Below are positions 49,190 through 59,327 of a stretch of DNA of 64,000 nucleotides, in pieces (positions within the stretch are counted from its first letter, which is position 1; each line of letters starts with the position of its first letter). The stretch comes from Eukaryota sp. GEM-RC1 (Eukaryota). The stretch covers positions 186,001 through 250,000 of the forward strand of contig JAUFOQ010000003.1 of NCBI GenBank assembly GCA_040285855.1, written 5' to 3'. The translations under genes and the position numbers were made by a program. The notes under the pieces are model-generated. The model was not told the DNA's origin and made no database searches. It saw only the letters and a list, made by a program, of their open reading frames with translations.

Positions 49190-49846
49190 TATTGTTTCTA
49201 TAGATTATGGGAAGTACTAGACTTATTACGATATAGATTATGACTGCTGTCGCAACTATGGCTATAGGAACTGTGTAATGATGTAATTTCTTCTTTTCTA
49301 CGTAGGACTGATTTTCTTCGCTATCCATTTTAGTATAGCATTTTTATTTCTTTTGCGATAAATCTTGTGCAACTAGTTGACCTTCTAGAGATTGAAGATT
49401 TGGATTATTAACCATATTTGTTGGTGGTACACTAACTTCCCAAACAGGTCTAAATACATTTTCTCCTATTTGTCCTCCACCTATCTGAGTGTAATTATAT
49501 GCAGGATCATTAGGTCTAACAGCTCCTCTTCTATTTTGTTCACGTCTATTAATAAGATTCATATTGAATTGTAATCTTAGATGAATACCAGTAATTTGTA
49601 TAATTTCATTTTTTCTTATACCTGGTCTATCACCTACATTGTGAACTAGAGGTATCAATCCAAGACTATCCCAATAATAAGTTTGTCTAGTTAATCCCAA
49701 TACATCATCATCACCACCTTTTGAGAATCCACTTAGTCTATACTTTTGTTGAAAACCTTTAGGTAATAGATCATTGAATACTTGTTGACCTTGAGGTAAC
49801 TCATCTTCTGCAATATTAGGTAAAGGATTATCATAATTAATTAAGT
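49190..49846 (-). other. Endogenous virus-like fragment: partial capsid-like ORF (open from ~49850 to stop at 49344) followed 15 bp later by a small TM-protein ORF (ATG 49328)
   Basis: N/P/G/Q-rich open frame with strongly A/T-ending codons; LIPLVHNVGDRPGIRKNEIIQITGIHLRLQF resembles by eye the G...R.G..I....I..R motif of CRESS-DNA virus jelly-roll capsids. The 49190 boundary is approximate. Confidence 0.5.
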
Positions 49847-50250
49847 CTAAAGGATTTCAACAAAAGTATAGACTAAGTGGATTCTCAAAAGGTGGTGATG
49901 ATGATGTATTGGGATTAACTAGACAAACTTATTATTGGGATAGTCTTGGATTGATACCTCTAGTTCACAATGTAGGTGATAGACCAGGTATAAGAAAAAT
50001 GAAATTATACAAATTACTGGTATTCATCTAAGATTACAATTCAATATGAATCTTATTAATAGACGTGAACAAAATAGAAGAGGAGCTGTTAGACCTAATG
50101 ATCCTGCATATAATTACACTCAGATAGGTGGAGGACAAATAGGAGAAAATGTATTTAGACCTGTTTGGGAAGTTAGTGTACCACCAACAAATATGGTTAA
50201 TAATCCAAATCTTCAATCTCTAGAAGGTCAACTAGTTGCACAAGATTTAT
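49358..50250. repeat. Near-perfect inverted repeat: arms 49358-49762 and 49847-50250 (~405 bp), 84-bp spacer
   Basis: Direct comparison of the arms showed one substitution near the inner end and one A-run length difference; identical peptides appear in ORFs 49392+/50034- and 49344-/50046+. Confidence 0.97.
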
Positions 50251-50354
50251 ATGGATGAGTTCATTTTCGTCATTTGATCTCTACATGTCAAAACAGGAGG
50301 AAATCAACACTAAATGCTGCCTACTGGTTAAGGTAGACTAAAAAGTTTGTAAAA
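50231..50354 (-). ncRNA. Candidate Fanzor omega-RNA: scaffold 50354-50251 plus guide starting at 50250
   Basis: Lies directly 3' of the Fanzor stop. Minus-strand stems GTCTAC/GTAGGC, CAGCAT/GTGTTG and TTGATTTC/GAGATCAA rely on G-U pairs that form only on this strand. It ends ...ACTCATCCAT at the repeat boundary. Confidence 0.55.
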
Positions 50355-53300
50355 CTAAGAACCAGACTGATTGATCAAAACGTCCACATTTTCTTCACTC
50401 TCATCTTCTGTAACGACGTCCTTTTCCTCACTCTCCTCAGTCTCAAGACATTGTACACAACTAATCTCAGAAGTCATTTGTTCAGATTGGCTTCTGCTGA
50501 GAATAGTTGGCCTGGGTAGCCAGCTAACTTTGCCTTCATGATTTCCATAATGTTGATTCCTGAATTGAAATCCCTGTCCCACATAGTAGTACAATACTTA
50601 CACTTGAGCAAACCCCACGGTTTCACTTCAGCACGTTTCTCAAATTCCTCTTCAGCTTTTCTCCACTCTTCTTGGAAATCCATACTGTTTTTCTTACAGT
50701 ACCACTTCAGCCACTTCTTTTTCCGTTTCTTCTTTCGATGGATGTTCGGATCTGGACATGTGATTCCATGATTGTGGGTATTTTCACCAAATATTCCGTC
50801 CTTAGCACACTTAGAGCAACACTTACTAGTTCGGTACTCATCCACTAGAAAAATCTTGAACCCTGCTTTTCTAAATAGCTTCCTCATTGCTTTTCCTTTA
50901 ATTGTCGGAACAAAACCTTTCGAGCGAAAAGCAGAGTCGTTCCAATCACCATAACCGATGAGAACTTTGTTTGGTTCACCAAATTTTTTCTTGAAACGGT
51001 TGATCATTTGGTCTTCTCCCCGTTTTTTGTTGGAGTACAATTGAAGTTGCCTCTTTCTAAACCAAGTAGTACTATACAAATTCCAAGTCCTCAAGTTAAA
51101 CAGTTCTTTGTGGTATATGTACTCACAAAACTCTCCACGAACACAAGATTGTTTTTGTCCTTGATTGACAGCAGCAGAGAAGAGATTCATTGCATCTTTA
51201 CCAGTTACATCAAGACAGGTAGTCGATTCGAGCTTTCGTTGTTCTGTTTTACGGTATTTTTTGAATTTGGAGTCGTAGTTACGTTCTCCTTGAGTATAAA
51301 CAAACTTCTTAAACTTGTCTTTTTCTCTCAGCTTAACATCTTTAGAGACTTGAACTTCAGGTTTGGGTGTTCTGTGGTTTCTTCTGTTTTTAATGACACG
51401 TCCTGATGGCTTTCGTGGCCTTGTGGTTGCATCTTCTTTGATTCCTTCTTTTCCAATTCCTCAGCAGACTTTTCTGTGACAGCAACAGTTGGGGCATACT
51501 TATTTGGATCAATGCCCACAAGAGTTCTTTCTCTGAGATTTAATTCCTCAATATCGGCATCGGTTAAATCATCCAGATACTTTTCTTCAGTATGCAATTG
51601 AATTGTAGAATATTTTTTCCTACTAAATCGTTTCTTTGTAAAACAAGTGAAACTGAAACACCATCAGTTTGGAGTGAGTTTTTGAAGCAGTAATTTGCCT
51701 TAGTAGATTTGGAAGCATCTAGCATCTCTGTTAAGTAGGGAATCCCAAATTTCTGTTCCATATTGGACAGAACGACTTGTGTAAAATTTCTTTGTTTGTT
51801 TTTTGAAAATTTTCTCTCCAGCAATCTTGGATTCTAAATCGTGAGCTTCAGACATGGCTTCTTTTTTGAAAAAATTACCTAAAACAACTTTAGTGTCGAC
51901 TCTAAAATGCTGTGGAATGACAGTGTCGGTAAAAGGAAGACAATTTGGAATACTGCAAGGATTTCCTCTTTCATCAGTTTCAGCTCTAACAAGCCTTGTT
52001 ATAAAAAATTGCATGAGGCAACAACTTCCTTAGATGGACCTTTTGAGAATAGAATAAGTTTTTATCTTTGACAAATATTGAAGTAAAATGACTTTCCAGA
52101 TAGTCTTTAAAATTTCTACAAATACTTCTTTCAGGATTTTCAAATAAGTCAAAATTGATTTCAGAAATTTTACAATCAATAATTTTTTCTCTCAATTGTT
52201 TGAACTGGGTCAACAATTCTTGTTTTTCAATCACATGGTCTTTTAACTCTGTTATTCTCGATTTTTTATTCAAACAAATGTTCATGGCACGGAAAATGTA
52301 TTCATGAAAGTGCATTTTCAAATGAGTAGCATAATTTGCACGTACATGTCTTGAATGGTATTTCAAAATTTGATCCATTAATTTGTAGGAAGGAGCTAGG
52401 AAATCGTAATCATCCTCAAAAACTTGAGGTTGTAAATATGTCCATGATGCGACATTTTGTTCAACGGAGATCATTTCGAGAATTGGCAAGTAATAGTCCA
52501 AACATAGGTGAGCCATCCTACATCTCATTGAGACTAGATCACTAGACACAGTACCTCTTTTCGATGTTCTTTCAACAAGTTCCACAGTTTCCGAATCTTC
52601 CATTTCGATCTCTTCTTCTTCCTGTTCAATTTTGTTGTACAATACTTGCATCTTTTCATCACAACCTTGTTTTTCATAGTAGTGTTCCAATTCACTTCTT
52701 TTTGACAAACAGACCACCATAAAGACTCCAGAACCTTGTTTTTTCTTGAAGAATGTCCAAGTTGGGTAATTCGTGAGGTTTTTCATTTATTTGACGATCA
52801 TATTCATCAATAAAGAATAACTTTAAGAGCATTCTACCTCTGGTATTGATTCTACTAAAATTCTTTCCAATTCTGCGAAATTTATTAAGATCAGATTGTT
52901 GATCATGGGGATTGGGATCTTTGAGAATTTGACGAAGATCACATTTGACAGATTTAACAGCAGGAAGAAACAACATTGTTTGCAATTTTTTATCTAAGAA
53001 GAAGTCTACTAAGTGACGACATAATTCAACATCATTAATACAATAACAAGCAAGAGACGTACGGTCTTCATCTGAACCATTCCACAATCGTTCAATTTCT
53101 TTCAACTTAGCTAAAGTAGTTTGATTTCTTAACATTTCATAACCTTGACTCTTGTACTTAGTTTTAAGACGAACTTTCTCATCTTCGGATAAAAGACCCA
53201 ATTTTTGAATGTGTGAACCTTCAAACAGATATGAAACAACATTTTCCAATGATCTACCTCCGGGAAACGTATAAGTAGAACGTAAGAGTTGATACAAATC

Positions 53301-53850
53301 CAGAGACCAAATAGAAGCAAGATTTGATTTTTTAGCCCATCTTTGAAAAACCCACAGACAACAAACAGAACCTTCACCCAGTTTAATTAAGAAATTGATT
53401 TCCACACCAAGCAGTTGACATCGACGAACAATAAACGGCAAATCAAATGAATTTAAATTGTAGCCACAAATGAGTTTTGGCTTTTCCAATTTCAGGAGAT
53501 TGATAAATTCAACCAACATTTCCTTTTCATTTTCAAAATGAAGAACTTCAGCATTGAGATCATCAGTAAGAACTGGCTTAGAAGTAAACAAGAAACTCCT
53601 TGACTCTTGTAAAGGATGTTCAAAAGTATTTACAAGTTGGATTCCAATCTGGATGATTGAATCATTTTCAAAGTCAGGTTTCAACTGATCTGGTTCTTCA
53701 GACAATTCAGAGATTGGTTTGGCTTCTGAATCGAGTTCATCGTCTGCAGCATCTTTTTTCTCCGAAGTTTTAGGGAGTTTTACAGTATGCAATTCTTTTG
53801 CCGAAAGAGATTCAATGTCCAGAAAAGATATAACTCCTCAGCTTCTAGAA
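50355..53850 (-). CDS. Fanzor1-type RNA-guided nuclease with N-terminal PolB-type DEDDy 3'-5' exonuclease domain (~1150 aa after correcting ~7-8 indels; intact gene versus pseudogene unresolved)
   Basis: Exo I FLDIES (53808-53819), Exo II GYNLNSFD, Exo III YCIND. Then KSVKCDL, HLKMHF, IPQHFRVDT, QTDGVSVS, RuvC-I GIDPN (D at 51508-51510), FRKRQL, IGYGDW, RuvC-II VDEYRTSKCCSKC (E at 50837-50839), KCKYC, RuvC-III WDRDFNSGINI (D at 50570-50572), RPTILSR. Confidence 0.9.
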
Positions 53851-54071
53851 ACTGCAAAGGAGATTCGGACAGTACAGTTTTCTTCTTATGAGCAGGTTCT
53901 GTACCAAGACTTGAAAGACTCAATCTTGTACCGATGGGATCAGATTTGGGATCAGATTGTGGACCTGGAATGGATTCCACATCACCATCAGACGTAAGAT
54001 CAATTTTGAACTGCAGTCTACAATCAAAACTGACAGAAATTTGCAAAAAACGACACTTCAATAAAATTTGA

Positions 54072-54102
54072 CCACCACCACCAAAACCACCACCACCACC
54101 AC
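54072..54102. repeat. Interrupted (CCA)n/(GGT)n microsatellite upstream of the Fanzor ORF
   Basis: CCACCACCACCAAAACCACCACCACCACCAC. Confidence 0.8.
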
Positions 54103-55366
54103 CGATCCACTGAATTTTACAAGGAGGCAAGTTTGGGGGCTGGAAAGCAGTGTGTTGCCCTGGTGGTTCTATCACCATGCTGGGCATGTAAAAATGATAG
54201 GCCTGACTGCCAAATACAACACACATACTCCCATAAAAAACCCTCGACTTCGAAAAAATGAAAAATTTGGATTGAATTGGATCAATGACCAAAAATGCCT
54301 TCCTTGGGGTTTTGATTGAACAATGATGCCTTTGAATAGCATATTGCCGCCCGGTCCCACCCAGGCTGTATGGATACAAGATATCTAAAGAAGTTGCTTC
54401 TGTAGAATTCCACCTGATTTGATAGGACGACTTTCCCACCAAAAAGAGGCCTCTCATAACCGTCGAATCAATGAACATCGACATGTGAGCAGAAAATGGA
54501 CCATTTTGTGGGTTGTTGGTATTTATAGATGTGTCTATGTCATGTCAGTCAAGACATTTATTGACGATTGTCTTCATTTTTCACTTTTCAGTGTCCTCTA
54601 CATGGACAATTGTCATGAATTTGCTCCTTTCAGTTGTTCTTTCAACAATTCACATCTTTCTTTTGATTTCACATTCATATATCACAACCCTTCATGATTG
54701 CTTTGGTACAGAATCTTCCATAAACTTCTCTCAACGACTCCTCTCTTCCTCGGTTCCCTTATCAGACTTCTACTCTGTTGTTGTAAATGTAGAATTGGAC
54801 GACACAATTTGGTCTCAATGGCTTCCATGGAGACGTTTTGCTGGAGGAAGGAGATACCAAGAACATTAAACGAGCCCTCCCAAGTCTCAGTCTTTCATCT
54901 TACATCACTCAGTCAACTCTCGTCTTTCCGATGCATCAACAGACATGTAACATTCCCTTTTCAATATAGATTTATCTTCTCTTAGTGTTACCACTCTTGC
55001 TATGTATCAATCTCATACTACAAGTCAGAAGATACTCCAGAATCATAGTCCATTGTGATGCTTATTTATCTTCATCAATAAACCAAACAACTTTTCTACT
55101 TTTTGTGCTAACTTCTTCAAATGGACAAAACAAGAGAAAAAGTTCATTACAATTCCTCTCCATTGGGATCCCTAATAGCCCAGAAATCAAAAGATTCACG
55201 TTTTGGACCTTTAATTCTTGCAATCATTTCACGTTTCTTGTGAGTCGGAACGTCCCAAGCGGTGAGAACAGTCATTTGATCTCCATGTGTGACTCAGCCA
55301 CGGCAAATAAAAGCTATGAATATGACAAATTACTGGGCGTATTTCTGTTGGAACTAATAGTTCTTA

Positions 55367-56013
55367 TCGTCGAGGTCCTAATACAAGCAAGGTCCTAATA
55401 CAAGCGTAGTAGAGGGTATGCTTGTATTGTTTCACAAAATAAACTCACAGATTTCTTTTATAAAATACTGTTTTCTATATATAAAACCGCCGAGATTCAT
55501 ATTGGAATTATATATAGATCTCATTTACTAGTTACAAAAGCACTTATCCATTACTAATTGAAAAGACTAGAACACCTGATGAACAAGTCTGTAACGCAAG
55601 AATAGCTAAACTTCTAGGATACAACGATACAATGATGTGTCTCAACTTTTACGGCAATTTATATTGGTTCTATAGACACTAGTTTTAGTTATGCATTTGA
55701 TCTCAAGGTGGTCGATAATTTACGAGATTAACGAAAACCTTGTTTGACCAAGAAATTGTAGACGTGACTCATTTTGCTGTTTATTTTGGTTCGATTAATC
55801 TAGATGTCGGTCAGGATTGATCGACATACTGGAAAAGATAACTGATTGACGTTATTAAGTATCCATCTCAATGTTAGTGATCTTGTTATGAATATTATTT
55901 GATTATACAAAGGGAGATTTCGAGGACCCTAATACAAGCAAGTTTCCAATACAAGCATAGTAAAGGGTATGCTTGTATATTATTTAAGGTTGCTTGTATT
56001 GGGACCCTGACGA
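55367..56013. mobile_element. Non-autonomous TIR element (~647 bp), TA-flanked
   Basis: TCGTCGAGGTCCTAATACAAGCAA versus TTGCTTGTATTGGGACCCTGACGA; repeated AATACAAGC and AGGGTATGCTTGTAT subterminal units. Confidence 0.8.
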
Positions 56014-57611
56014 TATTGGTCAAATTTAGATTCTAAATGATATATCGTTGAGAAACACTGGAATACATACTAGTACTACAGAACATACATGTATCGGAAG
56101 ACGTGAACACTGTATCTTGAAGACATTGTACATATTAGCACACCACCGCTGTGTCTTTTCAAAAGCACCGTTTAAAGGTGGTAAAACAATAATGCAATAC
56201 ATAAGTTAGCCATATCATTTTGTTTTAAATTCTCCAACAGAATGAATCATCTCAGATTACAAAAGAATAAACGCATTAACTGGTTATTTAAGAGCTTTCT
56301 TGGAAGTGTAGTATTTATATCCATCAATTATGATGTATTGAATGATTTTCGGGAACAAATACATGTACTGTCGTTGGAATTCTCTCAAATAATCTTTAGT
56401 CTCATTAACGACTATCAGTATGAGTACAGTAAATGTAGATGGATATTGATATGGGAACGACGCAATAGTATAGGTAGTGTAAATGCTCATTGTAATAGTT
56501 TTACAATGTTGATTGTAAGCACTATTGTAATACAGATCAAATAACACCAATGACACGTCACTATACGTGGCAACACCCCATATATTTGTTCGCAGTTCTA
56601 GAAACCTTTTCACCACTACAAAAACATTTGTTGCTTAAGATTGAATGGAATATCAAACGTCAATTTTTGAAACAATTTTTAATTCTGTTCTGACCTAGGC
56701 TTTTCAATGAAAGAGTCTACTGCACATACCAGTAGTGGCCACAGTTTAGGTTAATTACAATTAATGGAATCATAAAAAATTTGAGCGCATTCATATTCTG
56801 GGTAGATTAATTCACAGTAATTCATTAATCTAGATTTGTTTAATAGGCAAAAAACGGAATGGTGATTCTCTCAAACTTATTTACATTTGAGTGCTGGAAA
56901 GTTTACCAGTGGAATCCAATTCCATGAAGGTCTTCCAGCACATTCAGAAGCAATCATCTTACGCAGGAAATCTTAAAATGCAAAAAGTAGTAAGTCTTAG
57001 TTTAATGGACTAGTACATTGCTCAAAGAAGACACATAATCAGAAAGTCTAGCACAAATCATTTCTTTGTTAGATTCATCTATTTCAGCTATCAGAGTGGT
57101 AGAGTATAACGTCACCAAGAACATACTAGTAGAACAATGCTATATTTGTGATCAACGAACTCCAGGTTTTTACGTTCGAGCTCACATAAAATAATATTCT
57201 TCGGGGTTACTATAGTGGTACATTCGTGAACAAATCTCGAAGGGATGAACGTGATAAAAATCCTTCAAACGAAACGTCTTTTCAGTAAAGATTTCCTTAA
57301 TGTTATTTGTATTCCAAAGAAAGGGCTTGTTGCTTAAGAATGAATTGAATGTCAACAGCAGTTTTCGAAACAATGTCATAGAAAAGTTCGATAACAGTTC
57401 AAGGAAGTTCCAATCCTACAGAGAGGATGTGCATTGACAAAGTAGCTCGAAATAGCAGAACTAAACAGAATGTAGATGGCACAAAGAAAACCTCTCCGTT
57501 AAACATGCAAAATAGTGCTAGATTGATGAACTAGTAACAATGAAACAGTGGAAGTACTGTTCAAAAGAGGAAAGTTCGCATTTCATACCCATTTCTTCAA
57601 CTACTAATCGA

Positions 57612-58427
57612 ATGAACATCTTCTTCTTGTCCATCGACCCTGAAGAGGCTGCCAGAGACATGTGTGATCCCCATGTTGTTAAAATGACATTGGAATCCAC
57701 GCAACTTCTCTTCACTTGCCATCACCTTGTTTCTACTTCCACTGAGTGGATTTTAAGATTCCAATCAGAAACTGGTAAAGAACCATACAAAGCCTCGCAT
57801 CAGAAACATGGTTGTCAGATATGGCTTCAACAAGGAAGTGCCAACTACGAGTGGTTATGTCGGCATGCGGTGGCAATGGTTGCTGAGTACAAAAGAAGGT
57901 ATGGAGACAAACCAATGTCTGTTGAACCTCTTCTTCAATGGCTTCAAAACAACGTTCCAGACAATTTACCAAGAACTAAACAATTGACAGAGATCTACTT
58001 GGCAATGCCCGAAGAATGTAAGTATTACTGGTATGTCGAATCAACTGAATCATACGAGAATATGTTAAATCGGACAGTACAATCTTATAGATTGTACTAT
58101 CTATTATTCAAGTCCAGATTTGCTCGCTACTATTATACTAAAGTGCCGTACTGGCTGGAAGAAACATTGTTCTATATCCAAAGTCTTTCAGATTCTGACT
58201 ATTTGTCCCTAATTCCCCAAGAATCTCCAATGAGGAAGGTTATCTTAAAAAAACCACCGAAAGTTCCCAAGGGAATTAGGTCAAGGGTTGCAAGAAAAAG
58301 AACAAAGAGTATAAACGCTGATAAACAGATCACAGCTCCCATTGTAAAAGATGAACCTTATCCGGACGTTAAGTTCAGAAGAATAACAAGATCCATGACA
58401 GAGAGTCCGCTGCATAATCTATTGTGA
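57612..58427 (+). CDS. Pyrimidine-dimer DNA glycosylase family (T4 endonuclease V-like) protein with basic C-terminal tail
   Basis: MNIFFLSIDPEEAARDMCDPHVVKMTLESTQLL, YKASHQKHGCQIW, NYEWL, EYKRRYG, LAMPEECK and VQSYRLYY match the motif pattern of the phage, bacterial and giant-virus family. Confidence 0.8.
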   Translation: MNIFFLSIDPEEAARDMCDPHVVKMTLESTQLLFTCHHLVSTSTEWILRFQSETGKEPYKASHQKHGCQIWLQQGSANYEWLCRHAVAMVAEYKRRYGDKPMSVEPLLQWLQNNVPDNLPRTKQLTEIYLAMPEECKYYWYVESTESYENMLNRTVQSYRLYYLLFKSRFARYYYTKVPYWLEETLFYIQSLSDSDYLSLIPQESPMRKVILKKPPKVPKGIRSRVARKRTKSINADKQITAPIVKDEPYPDVKFRRITRSMTESPLHNLL

Positions 58428-58889
58428 ATTTGATTAAACCATTACTCTTTGGTTGTTCAACATGTTTTGTGTTTTTTCTCTAGTTTAGTTGTTGTATTCT
58501 CTATGTTAGAATTTTGTTGATGTGATCAATCAATCAATCAATGAGGTTGATTTTAGGTGATACAATACATTTCCAGTAAGTTGAATACTGTAAGCTTGTT
58601 AGTGGGTGGAGAACCACTTCAGGGCAGTGTTCGAAGACACGAAACACAAAGCCTTTTCAAATACACGCATCAAAGACACTCTATGGACACGCGTGAATGG
58701 TCTCTTTTTCTAAACTGTTTCTAAAACACATGAGAAATTTCGAACACCACTTCAGAGGCTTTCACAAAATGTGTACAATGAATTTGGTTCTTAACTACTA
58801 CAATAGTTGCACATGTGTACCATTTGTTACTCAACACTGTTTCTACAACAACAATGAAAGTGTGTAGCTCATCGGAAAGGATTTACAGT

Positions 58890-59215
58890 ATCAAAAAAAA
58901 AAAACGGATTTATGTGCGGAGAAAAACACATAATAAGATAAGTACAAATAAATAAACACTATTAAACCACATTATCAAACGAACTACCTAATTCCGAAAA
59001 GTAGTTGCCTCCAAACAACTTGGACAAAATGGAATCAACATATCTATACATAGACCTAAAAATCGAAAAAGTAAATTTACTCTTCCAGTACGATCTGTTA
59101 AACTTCTTGCCAAATTCTGAACACAAATTTTCAAATAAACTTAAAAACTCCTTGGTAGAAGAACCGAAATTTCCGTACAATGAAACTGCAAAAGGCTGAA
59201 AGACGATACAGTATC
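58890..59215 (-). mobile_element. 5'-truncated RLE non-LTR retrotransposon relic with 3' UTR
   Basis: VFQPFAVSLYGNFG...YWKSKFTFSIFRSMYRY, homologous to the end of ORF 11061-12047. Confidence 0.75.
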
Positions 59216-59327
59216 TAATTTTAAATATATATATACATGTCGGAGTAATTCAGTTTTCCTAAGACTGGAATTGAATAAAACAAATTTATAATCTAAAAAA
59301 GAATGCAGGATAATACATACAAGGAAA

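Noticed and set aside
52692..53792. Family-B DNA polymerase of a Polinton/Maverick or virus
   Set aside because: Only the exonuclease domain is present; there are no DxxSLYPS, KxxxNSxYG or YGDTDS motifs, and the frame continues into Fanzor sequence.
54419..57400. Short ORFs between the Fanzor and the glycosylase gene
   Set aside because: Fragmentary, with no recognisable motifs; they may be decayed coding DNA but I cannot support a call.
58613..58756. Small element with GTGTTCGAA/TTCGAACAC inverted ends and an ACCACTTCAG direct repeat
   Set aside because: The repeats overlap inconsistently and are short, so boundaries cannot be defined.
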